Assembly (NCBI RefSeq): GCF_006345805.1
Contig: NC_043007.1
Span: forward strand, 9,672,001 to 9,736,000
From: Octopus sinensis
Lineage: Eukaryota
DNA: 64,000 nt
Direction: 5' to 3'
Below the pieces are notes generated by a model. It was given only the letters and a program-made list of their open reading frames with translations. It was not told where the DNA came from and ran no database searches. A program made the translations under genes and the position numbers. Of the stretch, positions 41,655 through 53,224 are shown piece after piece; position 1 is the stretch's first letter; each line of letters starts with the position of its first letter.

Positions 41655-42066
41655 TGCAGGAGTGGCTGGTGTGGTAATAGCTAGCTTGCTAACCAACCAC
41701 ATGGTTCCGGGTTCAGTCCCACTGCGTGGCATCTTGGGCAAGTGTCTTCTGCTATAGCCCCGGCCGACCAATGCCTTGTGAGTGGATTTGGTAGACGGAA
41801 CCGAAAGAAGCCTGTCGTATATATGTATATATATATAAGTGTGTGTATAGTTTTGTGTGTCTGTGTTTGGTCCCCCTAGCATTGCTTGACAACCGATGCT
41901 GGTGTGGTTACGTCCCCGTCACTTAGCGGTTCGGCAAAAGAGACCGATAGAATAAGTACTGGGCTTACAAAGAATAAGTCCCGGGGTCGATTTGCTCGAC
42001 TAAAGGCGGTGCTCCAGCATGGCCGCAGTCAAATGACTGAAACAAGTAAAAGAGTAAAGAGGGAGT
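41655..42066 (+). mobile_element. tRNA-derived SINE family D
   Basis: GCAGGAGTGGCTG..GGTTCAGTCCCACTGCGTGG head and GGTGCTCCAGCATGGCCGCAGTCAAATGACTGAAAC tail. Confidence 0.9.
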
Positions 42067-42286
42067 ATATATATATATATATATATATATATCTATAATA
42101 TATATATATATTATATTATATATATATAATATAAAATAAATATAAGAGAGTGGTCACTATATGGCTCACTCTAGCACCAGTTAATCCAAAAGGTTTCAAC
42201 CACAAAAATACATGTTTCCCATGAAAGTCAGTACGATTGTTAGCTCACACGGACAGGGCAAATAAAAAATAACAAAATACAGATTA

Positions 42287-42367
42287 TTTTGGGACAATTG
42301 TTTCGCTATTAATGAATTAAATGTAATTTTACTTAAAAAAAATCCACTTGTAGCTCGTCAGCCAAAA
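42287..42367 (-). ncRNA. Type I hammerhead ribozyme
   Basis: Minus strand: TTTTGG CTGACGA GCTA..TAGC GAAA CAATTG TC CCAAAA. Confidence 0.88.
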
Positions 42368-42820
42368 CTATCTGATGAAATCCACTCAATCACACGCCAG
42401 ATTTTACCATAACGATAAATACGCGTGTGGTTCAATTGATTACATCCGACGTTATAATTCAAATGCCCCAACTAACAGCGCGCCAAACTTTCACGGAAAC
42501 AAATACAGCATTTAGAAATAAATGCAGCATAATTATAATTAATTATAAGGGTGAGAGAATTAGAGACTAATTTAATAGTATATCTATTCAACACCAAGTG
42601 GCCTAGTGCTCCGAGAAACCTGGATTATTATATAATATTTATAATATATTACAACATTTTTACAAAATAAATATAAGAGAGTGGTCACTATATGGCTCAC
42701 TCTAGCACCAGTTAATCCAAAAGGTTTCAACCACAAAAATACATGTTTCCATGAAAGTCAGTACGATTGTTAGCTCACACGACACGACAGGGCAAATAAA
42801 AAATAACAAAATACAGATTA

Positions 42821-42902
42821 TTTTGGGACAATTGTTTCGCTATTAATTAATTAAATGTAATTTTACTTACAAAAAAATCCACTTGTAGCTCGTCAGCCAA
42901 AA
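42821..42902 (-). ncRNA. Type I hammerhead ribozyme
   Basis: Second intact copy, 534 nt from the first. Confidence 0.88.
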
Positions 42903-43457
42903 CTATCTGGATGAAATCCACTCAATCACACGCCAGATTTTACCATAACGATAAATACGCGTGTGGTTCAATTGATTACATCCGACAGCGAAACAATTGT
43001 CCCAGAATAATCTGCATTTTGTTATTTTTTATTTGCCCTGTCCGTGTGAGCTAACAATCGTACTGACTTTCATGGGAAACATGTATTTTTGTGGTTGAAA
43101 CCTTTTGGATTAACTGGTGCTAGAGTGAGCCATATAGTGACCACTCTCTTATATTTATTTTGTAAAAATGTTGTAATATATTATAAAATATTATAATAAT
43201 CCAGGTTTCTCGGAGCACTAGGCCACTTGGTGTTGAATAGATATACTATTAAATTAGTATCTAATTCTCTCACCCTTATTAATTAATTATAATTATGCTG
43301 CATTTATTTCTAAATGCTGTATTTGTTTTCCGTGAAAGTTTGGCGCGCTGTTAGTTGGGGCATTTGAATTATAACGTCGGATGTAATCAATTGAACCACA
43401 CGCGTATTTATCGTTATGGTAAAATCTGGCGTGTGATTGAGTGATTTCATCCAGATA

Positions 43458-43537
43458 TTTTGGCTGACGAGCTACAAGTGGATTTTTTTGTAAGTAAATT
43501 ACATTTAATTCATTAATAGCGAAACAATTGTCCCAAA
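43458..43537 (+). ncRNA. Type I hammerhead ribozyme
   Basis: Stem I TTTGG/CCAAA, CTGACGA at 43464-43470, stem II GCTA/TAGC, GAAA, palindromic ACAATTGT. GUC cleavage after 43532. Confidence 0.88.
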
Positions 43538-43964
43538 TAATCTGTATTTTGTTATTTTTTATTTGCCCTGTCCGTGTGAGCTAACAATCGTACTGACTTT
43601 CATGGGAAACATGTATTTTTGTGGTTGAAACCTTTTGGATTAACTGGTGCTAGAGTGAGCCATATAGTGACCACTCTCTTATATTTATTTTGTAAAAATG
43701 TTGTAATATATTATAAAATATTATAATAATCCAGGTTTCTCGGAGCACTAGGCCACTTGGTGTTGAATAGATATACTATTAAATTAGTATCTAATTCTCT
43801 CACCCTTATTAATTAATTATATATATATATAATATATATATATATATATAATATTATATAATCTCAGGTAGCAAACAAAAAAATTTAGAAAAGTTCTTTG
43901 CTACCAGTGGCCTAGCGATGAGGAAAAATTAGTCAATAGACTATATATTATTCATAGAAAAATA

Positions 43965-44198
43965 TAGTGTACATCTAAACACGTAAGAGATGACCATAAT
44001 AGGACATCTGACTCACTAGAAGAGCAGTTAAACTCCAAACCACTAATAGCTGTAGTTCTGAAAGGGAATGAGAATAAAACGTTTTTATTTCTCATTCCTT
44101 TCAGAATTACAACTATTAGTGGTTTGGAGTTTAACTGCTCTTTCTAGTGAGTCAGATGTCCTATTATGGTCATCTCTTATGTGTTTAAATATGCACTG
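43965..44198. mobile_element. Palindromic Tc1/mariner-type MITE
   Basis: Whole element is a ~117-bp-arm hairpin with termini TA|(C/T)AGTG...CACTG|TA. Confidence 0.75.
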
Positions 44199-44300
44199 TA
44201 TTTATATATATATATATTATATGTGGTTATCACATCTGCTTAATACACAGGTCATGAGTTCGAAACTCGCTGGAACCTGTCATTATAGTGTACAATTTTA

Positions 44301-44699
44301 TAGGCGCAGGAGTGGCTGTGTGGTAAGTAGCTTGCTTACCAACCACATGGTTCTGGGTTCAGTCCCAATGCGTGGCACTTTAGGCAAGTGTCTTCTACTA
44401 TAGCCTCGGGCCGACCAAAGCCTTGTGAATGGATTTTGCAGACGGAAACTGAAAGAAGCCCGTCGTATATATGTATATGTATATATATATGTGTGTGTGT
44501 TTGTATGTCTGTGTTTGTCCCCCCAACATCGCTTGACAACCGATGCTGGTGTGTTTACGTTCCCGTAACTTAGCAAAAACCGACCGATAGAATATGTACT
44601 AGGCTTACAAAGAATAAGTCCTGGGGTCGATTTGCTCGACTAAATGCGGTGCTCCAGCATGGCCGCAGTCAAATGACTGAAACAAGTAAAAGAGTAAAA

Positions 44700-44702
<3 letters not shown>
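44301..44702 (+). mobile_element. SINE family D
   Basis: Near-identical to 41655-42066. Confidence 0.9.
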
Positions 44703-44786
<84 letters not shown>

Positions 44787-45222
44787 ACCCCACTTTTCAA
44801 CTGGTACCTATTTTGTCGACCCTAAAAGGATGAAAGGCAAATTTAACCTCAGTGGAATATGCCACTAAGCATTTATATATACGATAGGCTTCTTCCAATT
44901 TCCGTCACTCAAATTCGTTCACAAGACATCGGTCGGCCCGAGCCAATAGTAGAAGAGCATGCCGAAGGTGTCGCGCAGTGGAACTGAGCCTGTAACCACG
45001 TAGTCACCAAGCGAATTTCTTAATTCTACTTTATCATCACTAACGGTGGCGTAGTATAGACACAATCACTAGAACGGTCTCCAAATAGCCTTGCCTACGT
45101 AGCTAAGTTATTTTTATGTTCTGACTCATGACCTTCGTTTCTTAACCACACGCCCTAACCTGTACGGAGAAAAAGAAAATTTGCTTTTGTCCAAATCCTT
45201 TATCACGCACCACGTAATAAAT

Positions 45223-47657
45223 TATATATTATTCACACTTTTATCAAATTTTTGCCTTTTTTAACAAATTATTTCTCCAATAGGTTACCAGACGAGTAAG
45301 TAATAGGTTACGTGGAAAAATCGAAATCAGTTACACAGAAACGAAATTCATATACATACGTACACACCTGCCTTCAAAAACAAAACAGCGACAAAACTTC
45401 TTCTGCAGTTGTTTAGCTCCAGTTCAACCCCAAACGAACCAACAATGATGAAATGCTCCCGCATGACCATCCTATTTGTTTTGGTTTTTTTTTGGGGGGG
45501 GGGCGTTAGTTCAATGAGTTCTCCAAGAAAAACTCGTTAAATGTTGATTAAGGACTTTGACTACTAATTCAAGCAAAAGAAGTAAAAGCGTATAGACTCC
45601 TACTTCTTTCAGATGTATTCGACTGTAATATCGGATTGTCAGATAAATGGGCTTTTTTTTTTATTGGTGGTGGTAGTAGGGTCATCCATTTTATCCTAAT
45701 AGTTTCCAATGTTATTTAACTTACACGAAAACATTTTTAATAATGTTACATGTTTTTTGTTTTTATCTTTTTGTTGTTTTTCCCCCACCCCCTGTAGCTC
45801 TCTGTTCTTCCTCTACAAATTCTGTTGAATAATTTGAATTTAAATTAATTATTCTGCTTTTCAGAGATATGACGATGAAAAGCATAAAACAGCCCTTGAT
45901 ATAAGGACCACTTTGATTCCTATTTCGAATGGCTATGAGGGTGGACCCTCATAGCATTCGATGTTTAAAAAACCCTTAACATTTTTTATGATCAAATATT
46001 ATTAAGAATTACATTAAAATATTATTAAAATATTTTGTGCATTGTTGAGTAGAGCCAATTTCTCTCGCGCATAAACTTTTAACCACGTAATCTTATGAGG
46101 AACCCCAAGGGACATGTGGACCCATTGAGAGCCATTGCTACAGCAGAAAAACAAAACGAACGAATTTATATGACAGCTTAATTTTGGTGACTGAACTACT
46201 TTTAGATATTAATTCTTAACATTAGTATAAGACTAAAATTTCATAAGGAGATTGTAGTCGAATAAGAACCAGCTCCAAATATATATTATTCACACTTTTA
46301 TCAAATTTTTGCCTTTTTTACAAATTATTTCTCCAATAGGTTACCAGACGAGTAAGTAATAGTTACGTGGAAAAATCGAAATCAGTTACACAGAAACGAA
46401 ATTCAATATACATACGTACACACAACTGCATTCAAAAACAGCGACAAAACTTCTTTCTGCAGTTGTTTAGCTCCAGTTCAACCCAAAACGAACCAACAAA
46501 TGATGAAATATGCTCCCGCCATGACCATCTTATTTGTTTTGTGTTTTTTTTGGGGGGGGGGCGTTAAGTTCAATGAGTTCTCCAAGAAAAACTCGTTAAA
46601 TGTTGATTAAGGAAGATTTGACTACTAATTCAAGCAAAAGAAGTAAAAGCGTATAGACTCCTACTTCTTTCAGATGTATTCGACTGTAATATCGGATTGT
46701 CAGATAAATGGGCTTTTTTTTTTATTGGTGGGTAGTAGGGTCAATCCATTTTATCCTAATAGTTTCCAATGTTATTTAACTTACACGAAAACAATTTTTA
46801 ATCAATGTTACATGTTTTTGTTTTTATCTTTTTGTTGTTTTTCCCCCACCCCCTGTAGCTCTGTTCTTCCTCTACAAATTCTGTTGAATAATTTTGAAAT
46901 TTAAATTAATTATTCTGCTTTTCAGAGATATGACGATGAAAAGCATAAAACAGCCCTTGATATAAGGACCACTTTGATTCCTATTTCGAATGGCTATGAG
47001 GGTGGACCCTCATAGCCATTCGATGTTTAAAAAACCCCTTAACATTTTTTATGATCAAATATTATTAAGAATTACATTAAAATATTATTAAAATATTTTG
47101 TGCATTGTTGGAGTAGAGCCAATTTCTCGCGCATAAACTTTTAACCACGTAATCTTATGAGGAACCCCAAGGGACATGTGGACCCATTGAGAGCCATTGC
47201 TACAGCAGAAAAACAAAACGAACGAATTTATATGACAGCTTAATTTTGGTGACATGAACTACTTTTAGATATTAATTCTTAACATTAGTATAAGACTAAA
47301 ATTTCATAAGGAGATTGTAGTCGAATAGGAACCAGCTCCAAATATATATTATTCACACTTTTATCAAATTTTTGCCTTTTTTAACAAATTATTTCTCCAA
47401 TAGGTTACCAGACGAGTAAGTAATAGGTTACGTGGAAAAATCGAAATCAGTTACACAGAAACGAAATTCAATATACATACGTACACACAACTGCATTCAA
47501 AAACAGCGACAAAACTTCTTTCTGCAGATGTTTAGCTCCAGTTCAACCCAAAACGAACCAACAAATGATGAAATATGCTCCCGCCATGACCATCTTATTT
47601 GTTTTTGTTTTTTTTTGGGGGGGGGCGTTAAGTTCAATGAGTTCTCCAAGAAAAACT
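45223..47657. repeat. ~1.06-kb tandem duplication, 2.3 copies
   Basis: ATTCACACTTTTATCAAATTTTTGCC occurs at 45231, 46288 and 47351. Confidence 0.95.
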
Positions 47658-48116
47658 GGGAGGATAAAATAGGACAGTGAACTTCACTGGGTTCGAAATC
47701 AGAAACTAAAAAAGCGTAAGTTTCGTAAGGCATCTTTTCCAGCACCTTACAGAATTTGCCAATAGGCAGACATTTTATCCGATGTCCTGCCATCAAATAT
47801 TGCATACATCTTTTAGCTTTCATCTTTAGGATAACGCCTTCAAACGTTCAATCGGCCATTATCCTTGCGCGCGCGCATGTGAATTTGTGCGTGTACGTGT
47901 GTGTGTGTGTGTGTTTGGCTTCTGTTTTGTTTTTGTTTTTTCCAAAGTCTGCTTATTCTATCGGTATCTTTTGTTGGACTGCTATATTAAGAGGCTGCAA
48001 ACAAACAGCGGTTTTGAAGGAGTGGTGGGGAGTGAACACGATAATACAAAGACACAGGCATACATATATATATATGTGCAAATATATGTATACATATATG
48101 CATATATATATTGCAT

Positions 48117-48195
<79 letters not shown>

Positions 48196-48270
48196 TACAT
48201 GTATATATGTATACATATATTTATATGCATATATGTATACATATATATATGTATGTATGTAATATCTATA

Positions 48271-49514
48271 GTGGGTCATCCCATAAATAATGCAGTTTTT
48301 TCAATTACATGAATTAAAAGTTAGAGGGGGACAGGATAATCTACCTGCATCAACATGCTATAAAAGCAGGTAGCGATTTAGTTCAACTTTTGAAGAATGC
48401 AGTTTGATTTTAACATTTATCTTTTCAAAGCTCTAATGGAAGTGACAAAGGAGTATACTCAGTATAGTTTGCTTTATGAGTTCAATAAAGGCAACAACGC
48501 AACGGAAAGTGCGAGGAATATTATTGCATTATATGGGATCGGACAGTAAGCGTAAGCCAGTGTCAACGGTGGTATCAGAAATTCCAAGTCGGAAACTACA
48601 GCTTAGAAGACGAGACTCGTTCTGGATGATCTGCAGAGCTCGACGAGAACGTCCTGCAAACTCTGGTGGAGCAAAATCCCATTGTAACTATTGAGGAACT
48701 AGCAGAGAAGCTTGGACGTGGTCATTCAACCATTCATCGACACCTTCGTACCATCGGAATGTCAGCAAATTGGGTCAGTGGGTTCCTCACAAACTTTCCG
48801 AATCTAATCGCGTGCAGTGAGTGAATGTGTGCTCTTCTTTAATGTCACGTCTCACGAATGAACCTTTTGTGGACCGAGTAGTGACCAGTGACGAGAAATG
48901 GGTTCTCTATAAAAATGTCAAGCGCCGAAGACAGTGGGCAGGGAAAGGAGAAACACTGGCACCTCAGGTTAAAGAATGTCTTCACCTACACAAGGTGTTG
49001 TTATCTGTTTGGTGGGATATGAAAGTCCACTTTGAATTTTTAAACCCAAACCAAACAATGAGAAAAGAGACCAATTGCGAACAGCTTGAGCGGCTTAAGT
49101 CAGCACTAGAAGAAAAATGACCCTCTTTGCTTTCAAGACGAACGGTGTTTTTCCATCAGGATAATGCTTGGCCACATACAGCGAGGATGACATTCCAAAG
49201 GCTGGAGCAGTTTGAATGGGAAACGATGCTCCACCCACTATATTCGCCGGACATTGATTATCATTTATTCAGGTTTTCAAAAATCATTTGTAGGGAAAAA
49301 ATATGAATTCTGTAAACGAGGTCAGAACAGTAGTGGAGGAGTATTTTTCGTCACGGACAAGTGAATTTTGGTAGAGGGGCCTTGCAAGTCGATCACATAG
49401 ATGGAAGAGCATTGTAGAAAATGAAGGATAATATATTTTAGATTAAAAATGAACTTTATCGTAATTTTGAAAAATAAAAATATAAAAAAGCACATTATCT
49501 AGGGGATGACCCAA
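48271..49514 (+). mobile_element. Full-length decayed mariner (DD34D) transposon
   Basis: TIR (T/G)TGGGTCATCCC.TA.ATAATG with TA flanks. Disrupted transposase 48436-49445 has WVPHKL, VTSDEKW, HQDNA and HPLYSPDI motifs. Confidence 0.95.
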
Positions 49515-50112
49515 TATATATATATAAATACACATGCAAACATATGCGCATATATATGCATATATGCATAAATGTATGCATATATACATACACACACATG
49601 CATACCTATGTGCATACATGTATGCATGTGTGCACACATACATGTATATATGTACACATATGCATACATGCATATATGTACACATATGCATACGTATACA
49701 TATATGCACACATGTATGCATATATGCACACACGTGTGCATATATGCACACACGTATGCATATTTTTTTTTTTTTTTTTTTTGTACTTGTTTCAGTCATT
49801 TGACTGCGGCCATGCTGGAGCACCGCCTTTTAGAGTGGTGAAAGAGTACAGCAGGGATCACCACCATCCCCTGCCGGAGCCTCGTGGAGCTTTTAGGTGT
49901 TTTCGCTCAATAAACACACACAACACCCGGTCTGGGAATCGAAACCGCGATCCTACGACCGCAAGTCCGCTGCCCTAATCACTGAGCCATTGCGCCTCCA
50001 AAAAGATGCTTTATGTGTATAAATGAATATACACATACACTTACATGCATAAATATATACATACATGCATAAATATAAACACACACACACATACAGATTA
50101 TATATATATATA

Positions 50113-53027
50113 GTGGTTGACTTCTCCTTATACAGAATTTGAGCATCTCTTGTACTTAGACCATAGATCTATCATGACGCCTGATGTGATTTTATGAATC
50201 AGACAATGTTTTGAAAAAACACCCACATAAATTGCATGTCTGCTTAGGACCACCAACAGCTGCAGTTAAGTTCTGATCTTTATGGATCGTAAAATGTTTT
50301 TTGAGGCCTCCGTTAGATTTGCAGACCTTATGGCATACACGGCATTGGCAGGTATACACAGATAGATAGGCAGAATAGTTAATGTAGGTTCGTTTTTCAT
50401 GGGTCCGAAAATGAGATTTAAGCCCAGCAAAAGAAAGGTGTGGTCTGTCACAAACCGTACGCGCAAAAATGCTGTTGGGATTCATTTTCTCCAAGATCGT
50501 AGCATTTTTCGTTAAATTTCTTTTGCGTTTCGCATGGATTCTCCTGGTTTCTTCAAAAGCTTTCATTCCACCCCACACTTTTGTTCGCCATCCAGTTCGA
50601 TCCGAAGCAAGGGTTTCAATGGCATTTGCATCCATTCCAAACGACTTCATATTAGTCCTTATGCAATCCTTAAGCCTCCTTTTTAGGTTTACACTGATCA
50701 CGTTTCCCTTCTGCAAGTTCTCCATAAAGCAATGGTTTGGGTGTGCGTTCATCTGCAATTCGAATATTGTGGCCAGACCATTTCATTTGAATTTTCAAGA
50801 TCATTGATTTAAGTGAACTGATGCCTGCAGATGCAAGGACGTCTGTGTCTGGAGTAAATAAGTTCCATTCAATGTTTAAAATGTGGTAAAGGCATTTTTG
50901 ATGGAATCGTTCTAACAATTTGAGATGTCTTTCATAACAGATCCATGTTTAAGAGGAATACAACACGGATGGTAAGACAAACGATTTGCAAAGAGCCAAT
51001 TTTGTGTTGTTATTTATATGTTGTTGGCCTCAAACACGTGACTCCAAACCGCCAAATGCTTGGGCTGCCCTTTCAATTCACAAATGTATTTCTGAGTCCA
51101 GATTTACATCATTTTATACAGAGCTTCTGCGGTAGATGAAAGAGTCAACAACCTCAAGTAACTTACCCTTAACGAAAATTTTAGTGGGGTTGCAAACAAT
51201 ACCATATGCCGCTTGATACATCACAACTGTTGTTTTCAAGTTGATGGTCAAGCCAAAATCATCACATGCTGAGTTAAATGCAGATACAAGAGATTGCAGG
51301 CCTGTTTCATAGTGGCTGACTAGATCACAATCGTCAGCATATAGGATTTCCCTAATGAGTGTCGTAAAAACCTTTGTTTTGAATTTCGGTCTGGTCAGAT
51401 TAAAAACATTCCCTGTTGTTCGATATTTTATGTAAATACCCTCCTCAAAGTTTTGAAACGCGTATTATAGCACAGCAGTAAAGCATATTGCAAGGAGAGC
51501 AGGTCCATCAAGGTCTCCTTGCTTTACTCCATTTTCCACGGCAAAAGATTCGGAAAGCCTACCACCAAAATTAACTCTAGTCTTCTTATCTTGATGCAAA
51601 GCGTCGATCATGTTTACAAATTTTTCTGGGCAACCTATTTTCCTTAGACTTAGTCACAGACCATTTCGATTAACAGTATCGAATGCCTTGCTTAAATCAA
51701 CAAAGCAATGATATAGGGCAAGATTCTGTTCAATGCACTTTTCCTGAAAATGTTTGACATAATCAACTGTGCCCCATGGAGGAGCGAAAATCACATTGAA
51801 ACTCAGACACGATATTTGGAACTATGAAGGTATTTGAAGGTGTTAACAGAATTCGGGCAAGTACCTCTCCAACAACAGACAGAAGCGAAGTCCCTTGAAA
51901 ATTATCACACAGATACTTTGGCCACGATTTATACGAGGAGACAAAAATGGCATCAATCCAGTCTTGAGGCATTTCCTCTGTTCTCCAGCAGTGCCAAATT
52001 AATATTTTTTCGCCCCATATTTCAAGACCTCTGCACAGATTCCATCAGATCCTGGTGACTTATTGTTATTCAGCTTATTCACAGCTAAATGTCATTTAGA
52101 GTTGGTTCAAATGTCATTTCCTCTTTTTTTATCATCCTCATTTCAACAGATGATGACTTATTCAAAAAGGCAGAAAAATGTTCTACCCAGCGCTTATGAA
52201 TAGAAACGGTGTCAGTCAAAAGCAAATGTCCATTTTCTGTTCTCACTGGTGTTATTGAAGAGGATTAGGGGCCATATACCTCCTTAACGTATGAGTACAA
52301 ACCCTTGACATCATTTCTATCAGCCGCTTCTTGCGCCCCCTTTGCCCTATCATCCTGTTTAATTCCTGTTTAATTTTGCTTCTTACTCTTTCAGCTTTCT
52401 GTAAGCTTCGTTTGAACTCGAGTTCAAAGACTGAGAAAGAAGTATGTTGCATAAATCTTGTTTAAAAGCAGATCATGAATATCTGGTGATTTGTCTAAAG
52501 ACCAGTCACTGGACTTATGCGGAACTTGCAACCTGAAATACTTTAGTTTTCAAATTTTCCCGTAGATTGTTTGGATAAAGAGTGAAACTTTCCATAACAT
52601 CGTGGAATCTTTGCAAGTTGCTTGGTAATTTGAAATTTGCAACATTTAACTTTTTGGGTACCTTAGAACTAGACTGTCGACTTTTGGGCATTATCAGAAA
52701 ATTCATTTTTCCACGCACTAGACGATGTTCAGTCCAGCTTTCGGATGCTCTAGAAACATCTTTTATATCACGCCTTCTGATCAAAATATAATCTATGGGA
52801 TGCCAGTCTTTGGATCTTGGGTGCATCCGGGTAGTTTTATATTTTTCTACTTAAACAAAGTGTTGGTAATAACCAGATTATTCTCAGTACAAAATGTCAA
52901 AAGAGCTACACCATTTTTATTACATTTACATTTTCCAATCCCATGTCGGCCTAAAACAACCTAAAACAGCCCATGAATTGTAATCCTTTCCAACACTTGC
53001 GTTGAAATCTCCTAATACGACCAGCTT
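50113..53027 (-). mobile_element. Decayed RTE-clade LINE (APE endonuclease, RT, C-terminal zinc fingers)
   Basis: VLGDFNASVG, HPRSKDWHPIDYILIRRRD, GVKQGD, LYADD and WSGHNIRIADERTPKPLLYGEL, with many frameshifts and stops. Confidence 0.92.
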
Positions 53028-53224
53028 CCTAATATGACCAATTTCCTAATATGCACTTGCAGCTTACTCTGAAATGTCTCAAACAGATTCAGTAAATGGT
53101 ATAACAAGGATTGGAAACGTCAAGGGAACAGGCCTGAATAGTATATGAGTATTTTGGTGATATTTTCGAGGTTTGTATGGAGATTATAAATAGCACTATT
53201 GTGCTTAAACTACACAAGTAGACA

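Larger units (their letters stand above)
42133..43820. mobile_element. ~531-bp hammerhead-containing repeat: ~1.6 tandem copies, then ~1.6 inverted copies (Penelope pLTR/retrozyme-like)
   Basis: Unit restarts at ~42664 and orientation flips at 42986/42987. No ORF. (AT)n on both flanks. Confidence 0.85.

Noticed and set aside
45283-45330. CAGACGAGTAAG..TTAC in the 1.06-kb repeat
   Set aside because: Core is CAGACGA and GAAA does not follow the stem. It is better explained by a short AATAGGTTAC duplication.
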